DNA of 63,399 nucleotides, the filler included, from Perkinsus chesapeaki ATCC PRA-425 (Eukaryota; Protista; Perkinsozoa): assembly GCA_013115145.1 (NCBI GenBank). It is 12 parts of 12 records of this genome, joined end to end, with 100 filler letters (N's around TTAATTAATTAA, not from the genome) between each part and the next. Parts side by side here need not be neighbours in the genome. Positions count along the whole stretch, not along the records: positions 51,820 to 58,630 come from JAAPAO010001062.1; positions 58,731 to 60,861 come from JAAPAO010001667.1; positions 60,962 to 62,053 come from JAAPAO010002214.1; 9 more parts are not named here. One strand, written 5' to 3'. The notes beneath the pieces were generated by a model that saw only the letters and a list, made by a program, of their open reading frames with translations, was not told where the DNA came from and ran no database searches. The position numbers and the translations under genes were made by a program. The stretch's first letter is position 1; each line of letters starts with the position of its first letter. Shown here piece after piece: positions 51,975 through 62,153 of this stretch.

Positions 51975-53685
51975 TGCTAATAAACAACCGCCTAAAGATG
52001 TTATAATACAATGTCGTATAATAAGAAATAAAAGGTAATAATAATAACAACAACAACTATTATTGGAAAAAGTTGTTCTTATTATTGTTGTTAGTAATAC
52101 ACCTATTATTGTTATTATTATTGTTGTTATTAGTAATACACCTATTGTTATTATTATTGTTGTTATTAGTAATACACCTATTGTTATTATTATTATTGTT
52201 GTTGTTAGTAATACACCTATTGTTATTATTATTATTGTTGTTGTTAGTAATACACCTATTGTTGGTACATGGTATCCTAAATATAAATTAATTATGGAAG
52301 ATGATGGTGTATGTATAATGTGTAGTAAAAAGAGGATTAATAATAAAACATCTAATTATCAAATAAATGCATGTAATGATTATAACAAAATGTCACGGAA
52401 GGTAATATTATTATTACTAATTATTAATATTACAAGCAGCAGCAGGCAAACCATTATGTTGGTAAATTAAGAAGCAACTTTTTAGGTACACAGTTTGAAA
52501 TGTAATAATGTAATTATTCATAATAATAATTATAATAATATTTATACTAGTTACAAGCCAAGTATTATTAATGATGATAAAGATGAAGACGATGATGATG
52601 ATAATGATAGTAATGATAATAATAACCTTATTATTACTATATAAAAATATTAATAATAGGTGATATTAATAATAATAATGATGGGCAAAAGCAACATCAT
52701 CAACAACAACAACAACAAAACGAGGAACTTGGTTGTATATTTTATAATAATACATTATTTAATAAGAATCCAAGAGGGCCGCGTAGAATGTATGTTATTA
52801 TACCTACTACACTGAACAAATACAGAAATTATAATATAACAAAAGAAAATGACGACGATGATGATGACATAATAATATCAAACAATAATAATACATTGAT
52901 AGATAGGGCTAAATTATATTTACCTGTAATAGTAATAATAAAACTTATGGCTGCTGCTGCTATTGTTGTTATTATATTCCTTTTTTCAATAGAAAGATGA
53001 AGATAATATACTTGAAATTGGCCCATCACATCCTCATTACGATAAACAACAAGAAAGATTGGCAAGAAGACGACCAACGAGTATAAGCGGGAAAGGATTT
53101 AATGATAAAACATCTAATATAACATCATCATCATTATTACCTAATGATTTACATATGTATTATTCGATGATTATAAAGAATATATTATTGCTGTAGAGAT
53201 TGTTGTTTTTATTATTAGGTTTATTAATAAAGATCCTAAATGGAACGATAATCTAAGAGCATTTGTTCTTAATTTCAATAGGAGAGTAACAAAAGCATCA
53301 GTGAAAAACTTTCAATTAATAAGTAGTATTATTATAATAACAACAAGAACAACAACAATCGCTTTTTTTTTCTTGTCGTTGTTGTTATTTATAATATTAA
53401 ATGATTTATGATTTATTTAGATTTTATTTATGATTAGGTTATAATAATAAAGAAGAGGAAGAAGAAGAAGAGTCTTATGATAATAATAAAAACACAAACT
53501 ATTACTCAAGCTCCTCCTCCTCAAAAGTATCAAGCCAAGCTAGTGGGGCAGCAAGAAGAATATATCTTCAATTCGGTAGAATTGATAAGGATCATTTTAC
53601 TATGGATTATCGATATCCATTAACTGCATTACAAGCATTTGCCATATGTCTATCTAGTTTTGATTATAAAATATGTTGTGAATAA
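51975..53685 (+). CDS. Tubby-domain (TULP/TLP family) protein, spliced, with Asn/Asp/Gln low-complexity inserts; 5' end in the gap
   Basis: Motifs in order: [138 protein letters not shown]-stop. Confidence 0.93.
52075..52265 (+). repeat. 36/39-bp tandem repeat x5 spanning an intron-exon junction
   Basis: tt(g/a)ttag-taatacacctatt units with AG at 52093, 52132, 52168, 52207 and 52246. Confidence 0.92.
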
Positions 53686-54341
53686 TAATATTATTATTAT
53701 TATTATTATTTTTATTATTGAGTTATTATTATCGTTATAATAAACAACAATAACAATTCCCTTTCCATATTCGTCTTTTCGCTCCGAGAAACTCTAGCTC
53801 TTAGTCAGAGGGACCAAATCGTGACTACCGGTCAATTATTGACTCGATAATATTGAGTTACAGTGGCACTGTAAGAAAACGGGAGTATACGGCCCCCCGT
53901 TAGTGACTACAGGAATGACTCATTCCTATTGTCTAGTATTTGGTGGCTCATTTGAAATAATAAAACTGGTGGGCAATACAACTGGTTCGTATGCGTTGAG
54001 TATATTATATCTTGTGCAGGGATTGTTGGTGCTGTTCCGTAGAACTGTAACCAACTCAAACGCGCTAAGCAATAAACCAGATACTTGTCCTTTGAGGCCT
54101 GTGTTCTAATAACCGAGTAGAATCGATAACCAGAACGGAGTACACGCAGTGAGGGGATCGATGAGACGAAACAATCACTGGGGGCAGCTCTTACGAGCGA
54201 AACTCTCAGAGTAAGTTTCAAATAACAACTGCCTAAAACAAGTATAACTCACATCTACGACTACATGCTAGTCATTGTTAGTAGCAGATCCGTTACTCCC
54301 GGGTGGGTCGTCAGTCATAGTATAACGCAACAAACACAAAG

Positions 54342-54363
54342 CTTAAGCCAAGATGGCTACGGT
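54342..54363 (-). other. Perkinsus-type spliced-leader (SL) sequence relic
   Basis: The minus strand reads ACCGTAGCCATCTTGGCTTAAG, versus the Perkinsus SL as I recall it, ACCGTAGCCATCTTGGCTCAAG (21/22). It is followed by CTTTG rather than a GT donor. Confidence 0.75.
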
Positions 54364-55721
54364 CTACTCTCATCTCACAGTCCACTGAAACTACATCCAC
54401 CGAGTGGTAAATGAACGAGGTGTACGTATGCGCATGTGTACGCATGCACTAAGCTTGCGCCACTCAGAAGTAGACAACACAATAAACTTAACTATAAACT
54501 TAAGGCATTCTACTAACACATCACCAAATGCAGTTATCTAATAGTTATCAAGTACAATTAACAGCACGCATACTCATAACGCGGTCAAAAGGCGAGCGAG
54601 ATCCACAGATGGAGCCGCCGCACAAACGACACAAAAGGCAGACATACTGAAACCTACATAACTCATCATCATAACTCGTCATGCCTAGTGGGCACACGAC
54701 ATCAGTTGGTAATGCATTCCGTGATACAATAATTACTAGAGTCACCTAATTTAATTAGGCTAATTATTATTGAATAATTCATTGGGGTTGTGAAAGCACC
54801 TTGAAAAGTCCCCTTAGTGAGTTGGTGGTAAAGCAGGGCACGTCATCACACGTAAGGCGGCGGCCTTCATGATGATGCTATCCCGCCGCGCTCGATAAAG
54901 TCGTGTGGTCAGTGGCATGCACACATTGCATAGAGATGTTTGCATCCCATTATTGTTATACTGTCATATATGGCTGGGCCAGCCAGGCTGGCGTTTTAGT
55001 AGTACAAACGAACTTGGTCGTTTTTGGGCGAACTGGGCCAAGGTCGCTTTCACTTACGCAAAGGGCGCCAAGGCTTGGCGAAAGTTGGATTGTCATAGCC
55101 CAGACGATAAAATGGGTAGCGACGTTCAGATGAGTTAGCCTCGAAATATATAAAGTGATTACTGATTAAAAATTGGGAAGGTAAAATAGCAACAACAGCA
55201 TAGTATACTGAGTATACACTTAGTTTGCCAACGTGTTGGAGGTAGTTGAGGATACATGTATGGCCGTATGGTCTCTGTGGTCGGTAAAGGTAATATGCGT
55301 GTCGTTGGCTTAGTCCCTGATGATGCTTGCTGTAGCGGACTCCACGTATTGTAAATCACAATTTGTGATCTCCAAAAAATTGAGTTTTACAGCTAAAAAT
55401 GGCACTTTTCGCGACACTTCCCCTTCAATGAGCAAGTGTGTCTCAGTGACGCAAAGCTAGCATATGAAACTCATGTCATTCAGTAATGAAAGGGTGAGCT
55501 TTTCAGAGGTGTATGTGGTTGGCACTGAACGAATTGTTTTAATATTCTCCCCTAACGAAGACGTGAATTTTGCGCGCATTTTTTAGCTGTGATTGCCAAG
55601 AATATGTTGCGCAGATTTTGCACGATTTTCTTGTTTTTTAATACTGACCAAGAGTTTACCTCTGAAACTTCGAGGATATCATTGTTATGCGTAGGGAACT
55701 TATACCTGACGTATCCATTGA

Positions 55722-55800
55722 CTAGCACACCCTGATTGCGCCGCCGCGGCGGCGGCGCCGCCGTGCGATGCGGAGCGCGCATCGCGGAGCGGCTCCGCGA
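55722..55800 (-). mobile_element. Helitron-like 3' terminus (GC hairpin, 13 nt, CTAG, then T)
   Basis: Perfect 16-nt palindrome cgccgccgcggcggcg at 55739-55754, 13 nt, CTAG (55725-55722) and then T on the minus strand; further palindromes lie at 55765-55785 and 55782-55800. Confidence 0.45.
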
Positions 55801-55849
55801 CATGTCCCCAAAATTTTTATGTGTGTGAAATGCATGTGAACGATTGTTA

Positions 55850-56350
55850 AGTGTACGAAATAAAAGTGTATGAACATAAAGTGTATGGTATGAAGGTGAG
55901 GGTTGCACGAAATGAAAGTGTATGAGATTAGCGTGTATGACCTTCGTGTGTATGAAATTTGCGTGTATGAAAATTGTGTGTATGACGATAAAGTGTATGA
56001 TCCTTACGTGTATCACTTTGTCGTGTATGGTATAGCAGTGTATGACCTTGTGGTATATGAATCGAAGGTGTATGACAAAAAGGTATATGAATCCTTTGTG
56101 TACGAAGAAAAAGTGTATGATACAGACCTGAACGAAGATGAAGTGTATGAAACATAAACACCCCAATGCAAGTGTGCCGAGCTTATGGATACGAGATGAT
56201 AGTGAACGTACTTTTGGTAGTCGAACTGCCGATGGTCTAAATAGGAGTAAACGAGCTGACAGTGTACGTGTTTCAAGCGATCGAGTTGAGTGTAAACGTG
56301 ATTTATGGAGATCAAACATTAAGTGTACGTGTTTTATGTGTACCAATCGT
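55850..56350 (+). repeat. GTRTAY array with exact 15-bp period and variable spacers (array 1)
   Basis: 14 consecutive motifs from 55918 to 56113 (195 bp = 13x15), with scattered copies on both sides. Confidence 0.92.
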
Positions 56351-56467
56351 TAACATTCCCATGAGAATATGCATCGTGTATCAACATACGGACGAATTAT
56401 ACGCAAGCCTAACCGTTATGGTTACGAAAATCCTTACTCGGGGGTTTTCTAGGAGTTTTATAGGCCG

Positions 56468-56815
56468 GTATTCTATTTTGTCGACAACCCTTTTGCGCAA
56501 GCTCGGGCTCCTTCTTCTCGCTATGCTCGTCTGGTGCTGTGTCTTCCTCTTATTTTGCGGATAGCACTTGGTTTCAGACTTGCTGTTGCCAAGAGGCAAT
56601 ATCCCTTCCCTATCAAGTGGATTGGAGTTATTTTTGATATTCATCCTGCTGGTATTATTTTACAAGTTCCGGACAAGAAGCTCAGGTCAGCCCTAGCTCT
56701 GGTCGAGACGTCGTTGGCCAAGGTCCGTATTCCGGTGAAGCTCCTCCACCTCGGTAGTTGCAAGCGCCAAGCTATTTGGGAAGCGTTGGCTATTCTTATC
56801 GCGACGCGGCTATAA
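56468..56815 (+). mobile_element. DIRS-like (tyrosine-recombinase retroelement) RT/RNase H fragment, internally deleted
   Basis: One frame: FYFVDNP (YVDD-like), LGFRLAVAK, IKWIGVIFD, VPDKKL, then WEALAILIATRL (RNase H ELxA-like). Confidence 0.5.
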
Positions 56816-56899
56816 CCACGGGATCTAAAGAGTTAACCATCCAATCCAAAATATTAGGAGCTGGCATACGACCACGAGCGTCACGAGGGACAGAAAGTC

Positions 56900-58289
56900 G
56901 CACAGACCTAGCTCCGACCAACAAACCCATAGAAAAATGACGTAGAAAATCCATACCAAGTAACATAACGACGCTCAAAGAATTCAATAACAGTAAAACC
57001 CGCGGGAAAATTCAACCCCGGAACAACCTCCTCAGCGGTCGGGTTAGGAGGAATAGCCGGCCTTCTCCCCTGAGGTAAAACGTAGAAACAAATATTCAAA
57101 TCAATACCATTCAAAATCTTACAAGTACCACCATTGGCCCGTTCTTTCCCGTCCCGCCGATTTGCCGGTGTATGGTCACTACCACTGGTAGTCTACCAGT
57201 ATCAATGACACCACAAGAACCTAGACTGCAGATCAGAGCTCGGGGTCGACACCGTAGTCCACACCTGGGGGCTATGCCGACCAAATAAATCAATAGTAGA
57301 AGAAGACAACATTCTCGAATTACCAGCTTCCGGCCTCTCTGCGACCACCGAGCCGGCCGGTGGCTCGCGAGGCGGTGATCGCAACATTAGTTTCCCGAAT
57401 TCGGGGGAGAAGAAGAGCGGGTCGGACAGTTCCGAGCCAGATGACCTTGTTGACCGCACTTGAAACAACCAGAGCTGAAGGCCTTATTGGGACAGTCCAA
57501 AGCAGAATGAGGACCACCACAATTACCACAACCACCATTCCGACCACCACTCCGACCACCACGAGAACCTCGGCGATTACCATTATAGCGGTTTTGACCT
57601 TGATGAGGAGTCTGCGTACGGATAGATGTGGCTAAACCCTCCACTAAAGGAGCCATCGCTGTCTGGACCGCTTCAATAATAGTAGGAAGCGCAGGCTGCG
57701 CTTCTGCCACCAAAGGCGCCTTAGTCGACGGCCTAGTAGAGCGGGTAGGTACCGTACCAGGATTGTAATCGTCCACGATACTACATGGATGCTACGATAC
57801 TCACGATACTATCACGATATCACGATACTGCTTGGATAGAGTGGTCAGTCTGCTTGCGAAGCTCTTGTTGAGCACCCTCGGGCGCTACGTCAACACACCG
57901 GTCAAATACCTGCCGTGTCATAGCCTCAGCGGACATACGCTGACCTTCAGGGAGTGCACGATTGTACTCCTTAAGGTAGCGTATCAAGCGGGCAGCAAAA
58001 ACCACAAACTTCTGCTGACCGTCCCACTGGAGGGGGCTAAAGGCACGAAGAGCTTCATCCGGAGAGCGCTTGGCAAACAGGCTAAGCATCAGAGCCTTGT
58101 CTACCGACCAATCCTTCTTGTCAGCTAGCTGTTCCCACGAGTCAAAGTAGTCATCCTCCAGATACATACCGAGACGAGAGGCAGGAGCAACATCCGACCA
58201 TTGGGCAGCGTCGGCAGCGGTCTCGTAACGACGTAACCAAGCACGGAAATCAGTGGAACCATCATAGGGGTGGGGCAAGCGCTTAGAGA
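56900..58289 (-). mobile_element. Ty3/gypsy-like gag and protease fragment, frameshifted and 5'-truncated
   Basis: PYDGSTDFRAWLRRYE (gag), CGNCGGPHSALDC and CFKCGQQGHLARNC (knuckles), GVIDTG and LLGMDFLRHF (protease). Confidence 0.75.
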
Positions 58290-58630
58290 TCTGGACGGGT
58301 GTATCATGTCTCGTACACCGAAGGCTCGTACACTTTCACTTCGTTCACCACCCGTACACTGAATATTCGTACACCCCTCGGATCCGTACGTCGTCAATCC
58401 GTACACCCCAGACTCATACACATAAACCCCATACACACAAAACCCGTACACATAACAATCGTACACATAAAATTCGTACACCAAAAACCCGTATACCGAA
58501 AACCCGTACACCGTCAATGGGTGTATAATGATTGGTACACATAAATTAGGTACACACGAAACTCGTACACAGAATTTTTGACTTTTAACTGGTACACCAA
58601 ATTCCCGTACACTCAAATCTCTGTCGACAA
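58290..58630 (-). repeat. GTRTAY array with exact 15-bp period, opposite orientation (array 2), cut by the gap
   Basis: RTAYAC on the plus strand at 58401, 58416, 58431, 58446, 58461, 58476, 58491 and 58506. Confidence 0.92.
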
Positions 58631-60721
58631 NNNNNNNNNNNNNNNNNNNNNNNNNNNNNNNNNNNNNNNNNNNNTTAATTAATTAANNNNNNNNNNNNNN
58701 NNNNNNNNNNNNNNNNNNNNNNNNNNNNNNAGATTCGCGACTAGCCCGGTATCCACTGGGGTGGCACAAGACAGATACTACAGATCACATGGGAAACCTT
58801 CAGGCTGAAGGCTTCAGCCAGCACCCCGGAGTGCGGAAATAGATATACACAGTCGGACATGTGAACTCCCGAGAGGAGAGTACAGGGATATGAGATGAGA
58901 CGGGCGATTAGGCCTATAGAGACCCGGTTAAAAAAAGGGGAAGAGCTGAAAAAAAAGAAAAGAGGTTAAAAAAGAGCTGAAGCTGTGTATAACTCACTTG
59001 TGGGTCCTTTTTGAGATCCAGTTCGTTCCGTCTGCTCGTTCGTTCTCTCCCCAACAAAGCCTTAGAATTCAGTAACTCGACAAGCTTTTGCATCAAGCTC
59101 TGCGTTCTTATTTGTCCTCAAAACTTAGAACAACTCGATCTACGCCTAAACTACCCGATAATCTACCCTTTTTCGCTGCCTTCTATTTGAGCCATTTTGA
59201 GCGATAAGAGTATCACTGTAATTCCACTATATGATGATTCGATTATATTTTATGTTTCTTCACCGAGCCGGAAGTGAGAAGGTCCGCTATTTTGCCGGTT
59301 CAGAGTCAGCTTTGACGACGCATTGAAATGTCCATTATCCAAGGGAGACTTGTGGTTATCATGTTCCTCGTGTATATCATCAGCTGCTCTCGCATGTCCC
59401 CGGAGCAGCAGCAGCAGAATGAGTACCGTGCCGGCCACTAACAGAGCCTACATGTATTTCGTCAGATACACCTCATTCAACCAGGATCCTGGTAGATGAC
59501 TTCAATCTTTCTAAAGAGATCTGTGCTGAGCAGGTTGCTATGAGAAACCTCAGGGGAAATGTATCTACGATCAAGCGACAAATAAGGTTTTAGGTTGCAC
59601 GTGCAGGGAGGGTGTTACTCCGTTTGGTAAAGTAAGATAGAAATTACCTGGAACTCAACATCGCTGCTTGAGTGTCCCCACAAGACCCTTGATCAGCAAT
59701 ATATAATGCTGTTAGCATGTCTCTCTGTTCGGATTCATAGAGCTTCAGGTTACCCACGTTTCTGCACATTCTGCAGATCGTAAAGAACTGCAAGTAGTGA
59801 TGCTCTAGCGAGCCCAGCATTGCAAAGGCTAAAGGATTCAATCGGGATAGTGATTCAATCTTGGCCCTCCAACCCAAGGCTTATTAAGGGCGCAGAAAAC
59901 CCTAACGTATGCGTGCAACTGTGTAGATCACATAGCTAATAGCGAACTGCGCAACTACAAAGGGCAGTGAAAAGATAACCATTCTCAGCTACCTACACTC
60001 ACTAAGTACTCAGCTACTACACATACTGAAATCCTAGGACAGCTAATCTCAAACTAGTGCACATAGAGTGACATAGCTTATGCTAATAAATAGTCATTAT
60101 CTACTTCCTTACTGGGCTGCCCTGCGAGCGTTGCTGATCGCGCCATGGAATACACTCACCCGCCTCAGGTAGAGCTTGTTCGCACTACGATGCACTTGAA
60201 GAATGATAGAAAGCCGAAATGGGATAAGAATAGGAAATACAGACTCTATCTTGGTCGCAAAGAAGAAGATCGTTTCAGCGCATGCTTCCTTGTATGGATC
60301 TCACTGCGTGTTCAACCGGCGCCATGCTCCATCGTTTGTTAGGCACAGACTGGACTGAACCGTTTCGCAAAAGGCTTCCTGGGAGCGGAGTGTCTCGGGT
60401 AACTTCTGCCGCGGCAGAGCTCCGCAGCCCAAAGGCTGAGCTGATGCCGGACGACCTCTGTAGCGCAGATTCTTCCCAAAATGTATAACCCGCATCTGCG
60501 CCGCGTACCGCCATCGGCTCCTCTGTTGGGGATCCGTCCATACTAGTAACGCGACAAGGGGCAAATACTAATGCTGCTCTTATATATCTGCTATAACAGC
60601 TTGACCGTGCTATAATCGATCAAGCTGTGGGCGTCGGCGCAATGTACACTGATAGGGAGCTCTGGGGATTCCTTACATCCTCGGGGACGCTCCCTAGATG
60701 ACCGGGGTCACCGCCCAGCCG

Positions 60722-60797
60722 GGAAGGCTGGCACGCAGTCACTGCGTGCCAGCCTTCCACTGCGTCGCACTGCGTGTACACTGCGTCGCAGTGTACA
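60722..60797. repeat. Two perfect odd-centred palindromes (18+1+18 and 11+1+11) built on ACTGCG
   Basis: ggaaggctggcacgcagt-c-actgcgtgccagccttcc (60722-60758); tgtacactgcg-t-cgcagtgtaca (60775-60797). Confidence 0.97.
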
Positions 60798-60961
60798 GTC
60801 TTGGTCGAGGGGCACTGCTTCGCTTCTCCGGCTACGTATGCCCCCTCCCCTTTCTCGAAGCNNNNNNNNNNNNNNNNNNNNNNNNNNNNNNNNNNNNNNN
60901 NNNNNTTAATTAATTAANNNNNNNNNNNNNNNNNNNNNNNNNNNNNNNNNNNNNNNNNNNN

Positions 60962-62053
60962 GCACCTTCCAGCGGAAAGTTCGGTATCCCAAGGTCGCTC
61001 CCAACAGCTCCGACGATGCGGGGGTTACGCGCACCGTATAGAACGCATCCCGTACATCTAAGGATGCAAAGTGGGTTGCCCATCTGGGAATCTGAGACAA
61101 CAGATGTTCAGTGTGGGCCTCACCAGGAAAACAGTAAACAGGAAGTCGTCTGTTGACAGCTCTGAGGTCTGTCAGGAGCCTCCAGGCTCCGCTCTTCTTT
61201 CGCTTCAGAAAGCAGGGTGAGATCCACTGATCAGGCGAGCAGTTCTTGTCGATAAACTCGATGTAGCCCTTGCTCTCATAGTCACGGAGAGTCTCCTCCG
61301 CATCGCGAAGCTTCTCGGGGGTAATGGGATACCCGCGATGGCGGATAGTTGGATGCCGTTTATGGCATTCAATATCAGCAACAGGCAAGGGGGGTAGGGG
61401 GCCATCATGCCCGCCCACAGGTTGTTGCTGAACACCGACCAACCCCAAAGATGTCATAGGGGAAGCATGGGGCTCACACCCCGGAACAGAGACACAGGAC
61501 GATAGGGCTACCTCGGCCTTAGAGAAATCGATCTTGGCATTCAGCTGCCGAAGACAGTCGATACCAACGATGAAGTCAACATCTAAGGGTAGATCACTCA
61601 CCAGGTAGGCCTTTATCGACAAGGGCTCAGAGGATGGTGCCGTCCTAATCTGTAGGATGACAGGCTTCGCAGGCCGATTACCCCCAACCCCGGAGACAAT
61701 AATGTCGCGCCGAGATGGGTCAAAGTGAGAGCAAGGAGTCGTAGGCCGGTTAGATGCCACCAGTGTCCCCTGGCTGCCAGAGTCGAGCAAAGCTCTGAAA
61801 GGTCTGGCCTCGGCCTGACTGTCGTAGAAGTCAACCAGCAAAAGGTCATTCTCGCCCTTAGAAATGGATTTCCCCTCAGGCAGGCGATGCTTGTCTACAG
61901 TGGATACTACCGCCGATACCGAGTGGGACACACAAGTGGGATCAGTACAACCATCGGGCTTGTGCTCAACAGCGATGTTGCTCTTGGCCGTCTTCTTGGG
62001 GCAGTCTGCCGCCTTATGCCCCTTAAGATGACAGTCGAAACACCTGCCCTCCC
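60962..62053 (-). mobile_element. Ty3/gypsy LTR retrotransposon gag end, protease and RT start; one open frame across the whole contig
   Basis: CFDCHLKGHKAADC, ALLDSGSQGT, IVGIDCL, SPCFLKRKKSGAWRLLTDLRAVN, FASLDVRDAFYTV, FRWKV. Confidence 0.93.
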
Positions 62054-62153
62054 NNNNNNNNNNNNNNNNNNNNNNNNNNNNNNNNNNNNNNNNNNNNTTA
62101 ATTAATTAANNNNNNNNNNNNNNNNNNNNNNNNNNNNNNNNNNNNNNNNNNNN

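Noticed and set aside
55552-56346. 264-aa His/Ile-rich minus-strand ORF and similar ORFs over the arrays
   Set aside because: Antisense by-products of the 15-bp periodic motif.
55850-56350. CRISPR interpretation of the motif-plus-variable-spacer arrays
   Set aside because: The repeat is 6-7 nt and the spacers about 9 nt, far below CRISPR dimensions; no cas genes; eukaryotic context.
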